This document shows positions 34,086-43,452 of a stretch of 64,000 nt of DNA, piece by piece. Position 1 is the stretch's first letter. Every line of letters begins with the position of its first letter. Source of the DNA: a virus. The notes under the pieces are model-generated. The model saw nothing but the letters and a program-made list of their open reading frames with translations, did not search any database and was not told where the DNA came from. The DNA lies in the IMG/VR virus record IMGVR_UViG_3300047564_002270, positions 32,001 through 96,000 of that record. One strand, written 5' to 3'. Made by a program: the position numbers and the translations under genes.

Positions 34086-34638
34086 TGCTCCTATTCCTAA
34101 ACTTCAACCCAATCCATTTCAGCACGAAATTTTAGAACTTGCTTCGAAGCAGAGAAGCAATACGAAAAAAATAGAAGTTCTCAAAGAATATCGTAATGAT
34201 GGTCTTGTGACTCTTTTCATCATGAATTACGATGAAAGTGTAATTAGTGCTCTTCCACCAGGTCCAGTTCCTTATGCTGGTGCTGAAGATCAGACTTCCC
34301 TTGGTGGAAATATGACTGACATGATTATGAGTAAGGCAAAAAATGAAGGTATGAAGAGTAATGGATATTACGGGACTGAAAGTTTTGCCGAGGATATGTT
34401 AAAGACTTCTATTCGTAATGAGTATAAGAACTTTTACATTTTTGTGAAAGGTGGGAGTAATTCAATGTCTCAGATGCGTAAGGAGAATATCTTTATTAAT
34501 ATGCTACAAGGACTTCATCCCCTTGAAGCAGAATTGATGTGCCTTGTAAAAGATAAGAAACTTACCGATAAATATAAAATATCTTTTGATGTTATAAAAG
34601 AAGCATATCCCGATATTGTTTGGGGAGGACGTTCGTGA
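34042..34638 (+). CDS. conserved T4-like phage hypothetical
   Basis: LPPGPVPY; KENIFINMLQGLHPLEAEL. Confidence 0.75.
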   Translation: MTMIATTTKKKTTNSAPIPKLQPNPFQHEILELASKQRSNTKKIEVLKEYRNDGLVTLFIMNYDESVISALPPGPVPYAGAEDQTSLGGNMTDMIMSKAKNEGMKSNGYYGTESFAEDMLKTSIRNEYKNFYIFVKGGSNSMSQMRKENIFINMLQGLHPLEAELMCLVKDKKLTDKYKISFDVIKEAYPDIVWGGRS

Positions 34639-34982
34639 GTAGACTTCGTGATGTAGTAAAAAAGGCGCAGGAGAATTCTATGGCTGATGAAAAACGAGAG
34701 AATGGAAATAATTCTGCGCAATATGGTTGTGATATTCTTCTCCAAAAAACAACTCTGGAGCAGGCAAAGGATAAAAGTTTTCCAAATGATGCATATTTAA
34801 TTTGGTATAACGTAGGTGAAGAACAATGCCTTGATCTAGTTAGAGGTTCTAGAGTTCGTATTTTTGATATGTATTATGATAAGTATGGTCCTGGTGCAGT
34901 TAAAAAAATTGACTGGGGATATGGAACAGTAAGCCCTAAGATGTGGGGATATAAAGAACCTGAGAAGAAGAAAAGACGATGA
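34635..34982 (+). CDS. hypothetical protein
   Basis: GGAGG RBS and GTG at 34635. Confidence 0.7.
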   Translation: MSRLRDVVKKAQENSMADEKRENGNNSAQYGCDILLQKTTLEQAKDKSFPNDAYLIWYNVGEEQCLDLVRGSRVRIFDMYYDKYGPGAVKKIDWGYGTVSPKMWGYKEPEKKKRR

Positions 34983-35173
34983 GTAATGGTTTTGGAAGTG
35001 AAAAAGTAAAAGTTTCTTTAAGTGAAGCAGAACTAAATAAACTGATTAAAAAATATAAAGGTCTTCGTAAATATATGAAATCCCCACTTTACCAAGTTAA
35101 GGTAATGGATGGAACTGAAACTGTAGTTTCGGAACTCATGGATGAATATAACCAAGACCCCATAGATTTGTAG
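34979..35173 (+). CDS. hypothetical protein
   Basis: ORF track, ATGA overlap. Confidence 0.65.
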   Translation: MSNGFGSEKVKVSLSEAELNKLIKKYKGLRKYMKSPLYQVKVMDGTETVVSELMDEYNQDPIDL

Positions 35174-35184
35174 GAAAAAAATTG

Positions 35185-35511
35185 ATGGGAAAGCATTATC
35201 TACTTAACTTGTATGGATGCTCGTTTGTCCTTTTGGACGACGAGCGTTGTCTTATAGACTTACTAGAAAACGCGGCGGCTGCTAGTGGCGCTACGGTAAT
35301 TCAAACTATTTCAAAAAAGTTTGAACCACAAGGAGTTACAGTTTTATGTCTTTTATCTGAAAGTCATATTAGTATTCATACTTGGCCTGAGGATGGTAAA
35401 GCGGCAGTGGATGTCTATACTTGCGGAGATTGCAATCCAAAGATTGGTTGTGATATAATTATTCAGCAGTTATATGCTACTAGTCATACGTTAAGTTATA
35501 TTGAACGGTAG
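35185..35511 (+). CDS. speD: S-adenosylmethionine decarboxylase proenzyme
   Basis: F.PQGVT...LLSESHISIHTWPE...AAVDVYTCG. Confidence 0.96.
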   Translation: MGKHYLLNLYGCSFVLLDDERCLIDLLENAAAASGATVIQTISKKFEPQGVTVLCLLSESHISIHTWPEDGKAAVDVYTCGDCNPKIGCDIIIQQLYATSHTLSYIER

Positions 35512-35546
35512 TCTTTTATACAAAACTTTCCGGTAAATATTAATAA

Positions 35547-35640
35547 CGTTCATCCCTATGGGACGGAAGTAAGCCGACGCGGAACGGATCGTTCATTCGC
35601 TATTCGCAAATAGCGAACGCAAACGCCGACTGAAGGAACG
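35547..35640 (+). ncRNA. tandem glutamine riboswitch (glnA-type aptamers)
   Basis: Two units, each CGTTC...GAACG with internal hairpin; CGGAAGTAAG in unit 1, GCCGACTGAAG in unit 2. Confidence 0.75.
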
Positions 35641-35671
35641 CTCTTTAGCCTCAAAATTAAGGAGAACCCTA

Positions 35672-35836
35672 ATGTCAAAAGTTGTATATCGTGGTGTTGA
35701 ATACGATACCACAAATCGTCCAAATCAAAAATTTAAAATTGAACCTCACGTAGAAATCTATCGCGGATCAATGTTTTATGTTGATGAAAATGGAAACAAA
35801 CTCCATATGGAAAAATCCAAAGGAGGTGTGAAATGA
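35672..35836 (+). CDS. DUF4278-like YRG peptide (54 aa, not in ORF track)
   Basis: MSKVVYRGVEYD...EIYRGS; AAGGAG RBS; directly after the riboswitch. Confidence 0.8.
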   Translation: MSKVVYRGVEYDTTNRPNQKFKIEPHVEIYRGSMFYVDENGNKLHMEKSKGGVK

Positions 35837-35934
35837 ATACCTACTTTGTTAGTTACCTAAAGAAAAAAGCAAAGAAGGAAAAACTTCTTAAAGATGCACA
35901 ATTAAATATGGCAAAGCAACCACAAGTTGCATAA
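35833..35934 (+). CDS. 33-aa basic peptide
   Basis: MNTYFVSYLKKKAKKEKLLKDAQLNMAKQPQVA; GGAGG RBS; terminator follows. Confidence 0.65.
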   Translation: MNTYFVSYLKKKAKKEKLLKDAQLNMAKQPQVA

Positions 35935-35995
35935 ATTACTGGAGGATTGACAATCCTCCTTTTTTTATGTAAAATCAAAGAAAACTAATTCGCCA

Positions 35996-36175
35996 ATGAA
36001 TGTTGAAAAAGTTAAATTAATTATCAAGAATATGGAATTATTAGTTCAAGCTCTTCAATTGGAAATTGAAGAAGCAGAAAAGAAACCTAATAATGTCATT
36101 AAATTAGATGAGTTGTTCGGCAATCGCCAAGATAATTTGAGTGATTATGAACCAGACTATTACGAGGAACCATAA
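35996..36175 (+). CDS. 59-aa hypothetical
   Basis: MNVEKVKLIIKNMELLV; TAATG coupling to the next gene. Confidence 0.65.
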   Translation: MNVEKVKLIIKNMELLVQALQLEIEEAEKKPNNVIKLDELFGNRQDNLSDYEPDYYEEP

Positions 36176-36366
36176 TGTATGAAGATTTAACCGCTTTTGA
36201 AAGAGCACTTGCTAGATTTGGGGATAAGGTCCAATATGTAATTGGACTTGAGATTACCAATAGAATGAGTCCTGAGACTGCATATCAGGAAATTAAAGAG
36301 ATGATGAAGGAACTTAAAAAACTTCGTAAAAAAGAAAAAGAAACTTGGGAGATTGAAACTGAATGA
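36175..36366 (+). CDS. hypothetical protein
   Basis: ORF track, GAGG RBS. Confidence 0.7.
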   Translation: MYEDLTAFERALARFGDKVQYVIGLEITNRMSPETAYQEIKEMMKELKKLRKKEKETWEIETE

Positions 36367-37115
36367 AACCTATTAAAGCAAAGGATCTACTAGAACTTGA
36401 CAAGCATCTTGAAGTGGTTAAACTTCAGGGGTATCCCATTCCAGAACAAGTCATTTGGCAGGCAGGAAAGGGTGACTATTCTGAGGTTCCGATTCATAAG
36501 GTTCAAGTTCCTAATAATCATGAATGTGGTGAATGGATTGTTGAGCAACTACTTGCGAATGACAGAGGTCACTGGGGTCCGATTGAACATCCTGGAATTA
36601 CTTTTTCTTGTTCCGGATTTGTTCATAACGTAATTGTTCAGGCAAGAACTCACCGTATTGGAACAAGTTGGGATGTTCAATCTCAGAGATATACTGGAAA
36701 GCGTGTCGTTAAAGTTGCCAAGAAAGAACTTGATATTGAAGAGGTCTTCTACGTGCGTCCTGAGGGGTTCTACACCAACCGTAAGGGTAAGAAGTATGAA
36801 TGGACTCAACAGCACCGCCAACGCAAACTAGGGCGCATTCTGAGTGAGTGTGAGGAGTATTATGAGTATTATGAACAGGGAATGTGTGAAGAACATATTC
36901 GTGATTACCTTCCTCAGGCAATTCGTCAGAACTTTGTAGTTTCATTCAATCTTAGATCTGTTCTTCACTTTATGGATCTTCGCTCAAAATTAGATGCTCA
37001 ACTTGAAATTCAAGCATTGTGTGATGCAATTGCTCCACATCTGAAACTATGGGCACCAAATGTTTGGACATATTATGAAGAAAAGAGACTACATAAAGCA
37101 AGACTTTCTCCCTGA
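36363..37115 (+). CDS. thyX: FAD-dependent thymidylate synthase
   Basis: HWGPIEH, RTHRIGTSWDVQSQRY, NLRSVLHF.DLR....AQLEI. Confidence 0.93.
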   Translation: MKPIKAKDLLELDKHLEVVKLQGYPIPEQVIWQAGKGDYSEVPIHKVQVPNNHECGEWIVEQLLANDRGHWGPIEHPGITFSCSGFVHNVIVQARTHRIGTSWDVQSQRYTGKRVVKVAKKELDIEEVFYVRPEGFYTNRKGKKYEWTQQHRQRKLGRILSECEEYYEYYEQGMCEEHIRDYLPQAIRQNFVVSFNLRSVLHFMDLRSKLDAQLEIQALCDAIAPHLKLWAPNVWTYYEEKRLHKARLSP

Positions 37116-37120
37116 TTCAT

Positions 37121-37279
37121 ATGAAAACATGGTGCATTAAAGATCATCTTACAGGACATGTATTTAAAACTCTTATGACTGAAGAAGAGTTTCAACAATT
37201 CCTCAAAGAAAATCCAGACTTTGATGAGTGCGTTGATTGTATAGAATGTGACGATGCACCGTCAATTTGTATTGAATAA
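37121..37279 (+). CDS. 52-aa hypothetical, loosely similar to the next gene
   Basis: MKTWCIKDHLTG...FLKENPD. Confidence 0.55.
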   Translation: MKTWCIKDHLTGHVFKTLMTEEEFQQFLKENPDFDECVDCIECDDAPSICIE

Positions 37280-37307
37280 ATAAATTCACATAATATGGAG
37301 TTTTAAA

Positions 37308-37553
37308 TTGGCAACATATCCCGTTATTAATAAGACCACAGGTGAACAAAAAGAAGTTAATATGAGTGTTCACGATTGGGATCAGTGGAAAAAAGATAAT
37401 CCAGATTGGGATAGAGATTGGTCTGACCCTTCAACTTGCCCTTCCTCCGGCGAGGTAGGAGATTGGAGAGATAAGCATATCAATAAAAATCCCGGATGGG
37501 GAGAGGTTCTCAAAAAAGCATCAAAAGCAGGCGCTAGTAAATCACAAATTTAA
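37308..37553 (+). CDS. conserved T4-like hypothetical upstream of phoH
   Basis: MATYPVINKTTGE...NPDW...GWGEVL; GGAG RBS. Confidence 0.75.
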   Translation: MATYPVINKTTGEQKEVNMSVHDWDQWKKDNPDWDRDWSDPSTCPSSGEVGDWRDKHINKNPGWGEVLKKASKAGASKSQI

Positions 37554-37562
37554 TTCACCAAT

Positions 37563-38330
37563 ATGGCAAGAAGAAGAAAGAGCAGTGGCGACATTCAACC
37601 CATTGGTATTGGGATGACCAATGCTAGGGCAATGCGTAAAAGAAAAAACCAGATTAATATTGAAAATCTTTTAGAGATTGATCCTTTAACAGATAATCAG
37701 ACAAAATTATTCGACTCCTTCGATACGGGGAAAAATATTGTCGCTTACGGTGCAGCAGGAACTGGTAAAACTTTTATCACCCTATACAAGGCACTTTGTG
37801 ATGTTCTTAATGAAAGAACTCCTTATGATAAAATTTATATCGTAAGATCTCTTGTTGCTACTCGTGAGATTGGATTTCTTCCAGGAGATCACGAAGATAA
37901 GTCATCGCTTTATCAAATTCCATATAAGAATATGGTGAAGTTTATGTTTCAGATGCCAGATGATGCGGCATTCGAAATGCTTTATGGTGGTCTAAAAACA
38001 CAAGGAACAATCAGTTTTTGGTCAACTTCTTTTATTAGAGGAACAACTCTGGATAATGCAATCATTATCGTTGATGAATTCCAGAACTTGAATTTCCACG
38101 AATTGGATTCTATTATTACTCGTGTTGGACAAGATTCTAAAATTATGTTCTGTGGTGATGCAACTCAATCAGATCTCTTGAAAACAAACGAAAAGAATGG
38201 TATTATTGATTTTATGAAGATCTTAAGAATTATGCCTTCTTTTGATGTTATTGAGTTTGGTGCAGAAGATATCGTTCGTTCTGGTCTATGTAAAGAGTAT
38301 ATTCTTGCTAAAATGGAATTAGGATTGTAA
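37563..38330 (+). CDS. phoH: PhoH-family ATPase
   Basis: GAAGTGKT, IGFLPG, RGTTLD, DEFQN, GDATQSDL. Confidence 0.96.
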   Translation: MARRRKSSGDIQPIGIGMTNARAMRKRKNQINIENLLEIDPLTDNQTKLFDSFDTGKNIVAYGAAGTGKTFITLYKALCDVLNERTPYDKIYIVRSLVATREIGFLPGDHEDKSSLYQIPYKNMVKFMFQMPDDAAFEMLYGGLKTQGTISFWSTSFIRGTTLDNAIIIVDEFQNLNFHELDSIITRVGQDSKIMFCGDATQSDLLKTNEKNGIIDFMKILRIMPSFDVIEFGAEDIVRSGLCKEYILAKMELGL

Positions 38331-39001
38331 TGTTTAATCATATTGAATTGGATCTTCCGACATTAGATCGGGAATTAATTGATGGAGTTCGTTATTACAA
38401 ATTACCAAACGGATCTAAAAAGTTAGTATCTATTACGTCAGTCACAAGCAATTTCAAAAAAGAATTCTTTGAGTCCTGGCGTAAAAAGGTTGGCGAAGTA
38501 GAAGCAAATCGAATTACTAAAAAGGCAACGAGTAGAGGAACTGATGCTCATACATTAATTGAGTATCATCTTAAAAATCTGAAATGCACTTCTGATGTTC
38601 TTCCTATATCAGAAATGTTATTTCAGATTTCTATTCCTACTCTAAGACGTATAAATAATATTCACGCATTGGAAGGTTCTCTTTATAGTGAATTTTTAGG
38701 TATTGCAGGAACAGTTGACTGTATTGCAGAATTTGATGGAGAACTTGCGATAATTGATTTTAAAACCTCAGCAAAACCAAAACCAAGAGATTGGATTGAA
38801 GGATACTTTGTCCAATGTTGTGCATATGCTTGTATGCTTCACGAATTAACTGGATTGTCAGTTAAAAAATTTGTGATCATTATGGCGTGTGAAAATGGTG
38901 AATGTGTTGTTTATGAGGAATATGATAAGACGAAATACATAAAACTTCTTGTCAAATACATTAAAAAGTTTGTTAATGACAAACTTCAACAAATTTCTTG
39001 A
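38330..39001 (+). CDS. PD-(D/E)XK (Cas4-like) exonuclease
   Basis: RGT..H; AGTVDCIAE....AIIDFKTS; Q..AYA. Confidence 0.9.
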   Translation: MFNHIELDLPTLDRELIDGVRYYKLPNGSKKLVSITSVTSNFKKEFFESWRKKVGEVEANRITKKATSRGTDAHTLIEYHLKNLKCTSDVLPISEMLFQISIPTLRRINNIHALEGSLYSEFLGIAGTVDCIAEFDGELAIIDFKTSAKPKPRDWIEGYFVQCCAYACMLHELTGLSVKKFVIIMACENGECVVYEEYDKTKYIKLLVKYIKKFVNDKLQQIS

Positions 39002-39076
39002 CTTTCTTTAATCAAAGAACTATAATATTGCAATCGTTTATGAGTTAAAAAATTGTCACCTACAATCTTAGAGTTA

Positions 39077-39346
39077 ATGGAGAACACAATCGAAAAAGAG
39101 TTTGAAAAAGTTTTAGAAGAAAAATTTTATTGCCCCACTAAATTTGCTCAAGAAGTAGAAAAAATAGTCCAAGAAAATCCCGATGTCAATTATATTGATG
39201 CTGTGATTATTTTTTGTGAAAGGAATAAGATAGATTTAGAGTCAGTTCCTAAACTTCTTTCAAAACCATTGAAAGAAAAAATTAAGTTTCAAGCAATGGA
39301 ACTCAACTTTTTGAAAAAAACTTCACGAGCACGTTTAGTATTTTGA
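39077..39346 (+). CDS. gp33: late transcription coactivator gp33
   Basis: F...VE.......YIDA....CE...ID.E....L.S..LKEKI..A..LNFL; promoter TTGACT-17-TATAAT at 38998-39026. Confidence 0.88.
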   Translation: MENTIEKEFEKVLEEKFYCPTKFAQEVEKIVQENPDVNYIDAVIIFCERNKIDLESVPKLLSKPLKEKIKFQAMELNFLKKTSRARLVF

Positions 39347-39939
39347 AATTGGATCCTCTAAATTGTTATAAAACATATCTTGCTCTCAAAAATCATTTCA
39401 CAAAACCAAATTACGATTATCAAAAATATTGCGGAAAAGTAAAAGCATCCCTTCAAGCTTTCTATAAGCGTAAAGATAGGATGTGGTTTGAAAAAATGAG
39501 TCGACAAAAAACTGACGAAGAGATTATTAATTTTTTTGTTGCCAATTTTGTTTGTTGTGATGATCCACAGTCTCTTTGGATTGGTGAAATTATAAGAGAT
39601 GGTGAAACTAGATATAAGAATTGGAAAAAAAGAACCGAGTCGATTTCTTATTTCTTTAAAGAGGAAATCGATACGGTTTTTACGTCTAAGAATTTTGAGA
39701 ATATGTTTATGATCGATGGTAATAAACATCCTCAACTGTTAAAGGAACATCTTCAAGGGAAGATTTCTCTTGAGACTATGGTTATCTTGAACAACATTCT
39801 TAACTATAAAACAGACTTCGATAAAAAACTTCAAGATCCTGTATGGGAATTCGTTTCCCTAAGGATTTTAAAATATTCTTCCTTCCTACATACAGATATA
39901 TTTAAGTGTAAAAAAATGTTAAAGGAGTGTGTATTATGA
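39343..39939 (+). CDS. gp59: helicase loader gp59
   Basis: YKTYLALKNHF...YDY.KY.GK, ISLET. Confidence 0.9.
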   Translation: MKLDPLNCYKTYLALKNHFTKPNYDYQKYCGKVKASLQAFYKRKDRMWFEKMSRQKTDEEIINFFVANFVCCDDPQSLWIGEIIRDGETRYKNWKKRTESISYFFKEEIDTVFTSKNFENMFMIDGNKHPQLLKEHLQGKISLETMVILNNILNYKTDFDKKLQDPVWEFVSLRILKYSSFLHTDIFKCKKMLKECVL

Positions 39940-40277
39940 GTTTCTTTGACTCTGAAGTTGTGAGAGCAGAGATGTCCGAGATCTCTGAACTCCAGGAAGA
40001 GATCTACAAGAATGTTTTTAACTTCTTTAAAATGAGCAATAAAGATAAAATAGAGCACGTTAATCTTTTACAAAAACTTCTTCAAAAACAACAAATTCTT
40101 TATACTCGTTTAAGTCTTTCTGATGATCCAGAGGCAAAGGAGATGAAAGAACGTGTTATGGAATCTGCTACTATGATGGGTCTTCCCAAAGGAACTGACA
40201 TTAATATTATCTTTAAGAATATGGAAGCTCTTATTGATATGATGAAAGGACGTATTGACGCCGAGGGCAATCCCTGA
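39936..40277 (+). CDS. DUF1825-like protein
   Basis: FFDSEVV..E...RLSLSDDPEA. Confidence 0.8.
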   Translation: MSFFDSEVVRAEMSEISELQEEIYKNVFNFFKMSNKDKIEHVNLLQKLLQKQQILYTRLSLSDDPEAKEMKERVMESATMMGLPKGTDINIIFKNMEALIDMMKGRIDAEGNP

Positions 40278-40348
40278 TATACTAAGGGCAAGCGGCTGGG
40301 GGATCCGCACCAAAGTTAACCCACACAAGCCAAATACGGAGCATACAA

Positions 40349-41326
40349 ATGTCTTTCGCAAATCTTAAAAAGCAATCTAAACTTGGTTCTCTCACCGATA
40401 AACTGGTGAAAGAAGTTGAAAAAATGGGTTCTACATCTTCAGGAGAAGATACCCGTTTCTGGAAACCTACGATGGGTAAGGATAACGTAGGTTCTGCTGT
40501 TATTCGTTTTCTTCCTGCTCCAGATGGAGAAGATATTCCTTGGGTAAAAATGTTTGCTCACGGTTTCCAAGGTTCTGGTGGTTGGTATATTGAGAACTCT
40601 CTGACTACTCTTGGTCAAAAAGATCCTGTAACCGAATACAATCGCGGTCTTTGGAATAGTGGTAACGATAAAGATAAAGAAACTGTTCGTAAGCAAAAGC
40701 GTAAGTTGTCTTATTACAGCAACATTTATGTTGTAAAGGATCCTACCAACCCTGAGAACGAAGGTAAGGTCTTCCTGTTTAAGTTCGGTAAGAAAATCTT
40801 TGATAAAATTCTGAATGCAATGCAACCAGAATTTGAAGATGAGACTCCTATTAATCCCTTTGATTTTTGGGGTGGAGCAAACTTCCGCCTTAAGATCCGT
40901 AAGGTTGAAGGTTATTGGAACTACGATAAATCTGAGTTTGATTCTTCTGGACCTCTTCTTGATGATGACGATGCAATGGAAGCAATCTGGAAGAAAGAGT
41001 ATTCTCTCTCTGCTTTGATTGCCCCAGATCAATTCAAGACCTACGAAGAACTTGAGAAGCGCCTGAACTATGTTCTTGGCGTAGGTAAAGTTGCTCCTAA
41101 GTCTGCTTCTGCTGATGTGGAAGAAGAATACGAGTCTTATATGCCTAAGCGTTCTTCTGAAGAGAATGTGATGGAAGAACTTGAAGAGTCTTATCGGAAG
41201 AGTAAATCTGCTCCCCCAGTTCCTCAGAGTGTCAAAGAAGAACTCAATCGACTGTCCTCTTCTGCTTCCGATGATGAAGATGAAGACGATGCAATGAGTT
41301 ACTTCAAGCGTCTTGCTGAAGAGTGA
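40349..41326 (+). CDS. gp32: single-stranded DNA-binding protein gp32
   Basis: AVIRFLPAP, WYIENSLTT, FKFGKKIFDKI, NYDKSEF, acidic tail; promoter TTGACG-17-TATACT at 40255-40283. Confidence 0.96.
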   Translation: MSFANLKKQSKLGSLTDKLVKEVEKMGSTSSGEDTRFWKPTMGKDNVGSAVIRFLPAPDGEDIPWVKMFAHGFQGSGGWYIENSLTTLGQKDPVTEYNRGLWNSGNDKDKETVRKQKRKLSYYSNIYVVKDPTNPENEGKVFLFKFGKKIFDKILNAMQPEFEDETPINPFDFWGGANFRLKIRKVEGYWNYDKSEFDSSGPLLDDDDAMEAIWKKEYSLSALIAPDQFKTYEELEKRLNYVLGVGKVAPKSASADVEEEYESYMPKRSSEENVMEELEESYRKSKSAPPVPQSVKEELNRLSSSASDDEDEDDAMSYFKRLAEE

Positions 41327-41998
41327 TTAGTTCTCGTAAAGTCTGATATCATCAACTCTCTTAAGGGTGGGGTCAATGTATTGATCTCCACCCTCTTTAT
41401 ATGGCATTGTATTTTCCATATCATTCATAATGACAGGAACATAGTCTGATTTAAGTAGAAAAATATTTCTTTTTTTCTCTTCTTTTCTTACTTCATAATC
41501 ATAGTTTGAAATCGCAATAGTTATATTAAACTCCTGTTTATCTTGACCTAGACCATAATCAAAATATCTCACATTAAAAGATGATGGAACAGTTAGACCA
41601 GATTTAACGATAATATTTCCAGAACTATCTTTAACTTCTATGGTCTCATAGTGGTGAGTGCCATAAACAACATCATAAGTATTATATTTTTCTAGTAAGT
41701 ATTTGTCGAATGTTTCTTGACTCATTGGCCACTCATCATATACGTTAACTATATTATTTGACAAAAGAACGATCCAATCTAAAGAAGAATCTCCATAAAT
41801 TTTTTCAGCAATATTATCAGGTCTTTCGTCTCCGATGATGTTATATTTGGTAAAGAAGATTAGATTTCCAAAAATATCATCTCTAATTTTACCCCTTTTA
41901 AATAAATTTTTTGTTCTTGTGTAATTTGATATTTGATCTTGAGACGTATTTCTATTGATATATTCTAAATTTGGTAAGTATCTAAAGTAGTATGCCAT
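41327..41998 (-). CDS. gp53: baseplate wedge protein gp53
   Basis: YF..LP..EY; ERPD.IA..IYG...LDW.VLL.N; HHYET. Confidence 0.9.
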   Translation of the reverse strand: MAYYFRYLPNLEYINRNTSQDQISNYTRTKNLFKRGKIRDDIFGNLIFFTKYNIIGDERPDNIAEKIYGDSSLDWIVLLSNNIVNVYDEWPMSQETFDKYLLEKYNTYDVVYGTHHYETIEVKDSSGNIIVKSGLTVPSSFNVRYFDYGLGQDKQEFNITIAISNYDYEVRKEEKKRNIFLLKSDYVPVIMNDMENTMPYKEGGDQYIDPTLKRVDDIRLYEN

Positions 41999-42001
41999 TT
42001 T

Positions 42002-43363
42002 TTACCATCCCATTCCTGTTTTACCATCGCCCTTTTCATAATCTGGTTCGTAGATAGGATCAATCTCTCCGAAAGTCATACTTAAATCATATTGAGTCAT
42101 TGATCCTCCCTCAGCATAAGTCATATAATTTCCATCTGGTGAGTAATTAACAGAGAAATCTCTTAATGCTGCTACTTTAATTCTATTTAAGTATGGGTGA
42201 TTTTCTGCTCTATCTCCTCTTCCAGTGTAAATGTATCTTATTTTGAATACATTTGGCGCTAATAGGAATAGTTTTGATTGAGATAGACCAGGAACCATAC
42301 TCTTTTTAAAGTATCTGATGATGTCTTTAATCAGTTGTGCTTCTTTTGGTTCTCTTGGAGTCAGTTTAAAATTAAATGTAAAACTTCTTAGCATCGGTCC
42401 ATTGAATAATAATTCAAGGTTATTGTTTATTGCTCCTCCAATTGTTCTTGAAAGCAATCCTGGTCTTCCGACTGCTTGCTCCGTAAAATAATTGATTAAA
42501 AGTGCTCTTAATTCTGGACCAGCTGACTCAAAAGATTTTCCTACATCTCTAGTCGAGTTAGCAATTTCCTTAAAATAATTACCCACATCACCAGCACCTG
42601 CTGCACCAATTATATTATAAGCAGCACTTGCAAATGCTGCAGTGATTGGATTTAGATCTCCTGATCCCCAATCGACTGACATTGAGTCAACAATTCCCGA
42701 TTGAATTGGGAGGCAAATTGTTGCCAATGTTTCTGATTTTCTATCCTCCATTCCAGTTAAGGCAACACTAAAACGACCTGTTCCTTGCGTTCCAGCTGGT
42801 GCAAGACCAGATTTTTTATATGATTTAATTTCAAATTGGATATAATCACCACCAATACCTTGCCTATTTAAAGGATAAACAAGAAGTGTTCCTTTATCAT
42901 AATTGTTTATTCTCTGGGTTGCTTCTCCAAAGGGATTGGTATTTGCATCATAAGCAGATGTTCCTCCAGTATTTGGTGCTGCCGTTGACGCTGGGGCAGG
43001 GGGATCAGTTGCAGTTGCTGGACCAACTCCAGCAGTTTTAGCACCGTTAGATAAGTATGATTGAACGGATGCTTTTAATTTTTCAGTTGTTGCCGCATTA
43101 TATCCGGATATTTGTCCATTTGCAACATCTTGAATACTAGTATATTGAGATGTTGCAGCACCTGTTCCTCTTCGATATAATATATCTCCATTGTTTGCAA
43201 TCGAGATATACATTGTTTTGACAATCGGATCTGTACTATTTGGATCTAAAGGCACAAATCCATTCGTTGCCAATTTATTATTTCCATTCGCGTCCTTATA
43301 TGTATTATTTACAAAAGTTTTTTCGTTTGTAATTGTAGTATCTTTGACATTCCAAAAAGGCAT
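42002..43363 (-). CDS. gp48: baseplate tail-tube cap gp48
   Basis: I.LP....I.D..SV.W; N.N.ELLF.GP.LRSF.F.FKL.PR; P.VF. Confidence 0.88.
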   Translation of the reverse strand: MPFWNVKDTTITNEKTFVNNTYKDANGNNKLATNGFVPLDPNSTDPIVKTMYISIANNGDILYRRGTGAATSQYTSIQDVANGQISGYNAATTEKLKASVQSYLSNGAKTAGVGPATATDPPAPASTAAPNTGGTSAYDANTNPFGEATQRINNYDKGTLLVYPLNRQGIGGDYIQFEIKSYKKSGLAPAGTQGTGRFSVALTGMEDRKSETLATICLPIQSGIVDSMSVDWGSGDLNPITAAFASAAYNIIGAAGAGDVGNYFKEIANSTRDVGKSFESAGPELRALLINYFTEQAVGRPGLLSRTIGGAINNNLELLFNGPMLRSFTFNFKLTPREPKEAQLIKDIIRYFKKSMVPGLSQSKLFLLAPNVFKIRYIYTGRGDRAENHPYLNRIKVAALRDFSVNYSPDGNYMTYAEGGSMTQYDLSMTFGEIDPIYEPDYEKGDGKTGMGW

Positions 43364-43425
43364 CAGAAATTCCCCCTACGCGCAAGGGATGCAAGAACTT
43401 TACGTGATCTATTCCTTATTGACAT
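43363..43425 (-). CDS. 20-aa leader ORF coupled to gp48
   Basis: MSIRNRSRKVLASLARRGNF; TGATG overlap with the gp48 start. Confidence 0.35.
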   Translation of the reverse strand: MSIRNRSRKVLASLARRGNF

Positions 43426-43452
43426 TTTGACGATAAAGTTCTTTATGTATAT

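Noticed and set aside
38330-39001. Cas4-like nuclease as part of a CRISPR/anti-CRISPR system
   Set aside because: It is the standard exonuclease following phoH in T4-like cyanophages; no cas genes or array nearby
43191-43430. + strand 79-aa ORF or decayed gp2 fragment
   Set aside because: Antisense to gp48 and on the wrong strand for g2; the sequence is explained by the minus-strand leader hairpin
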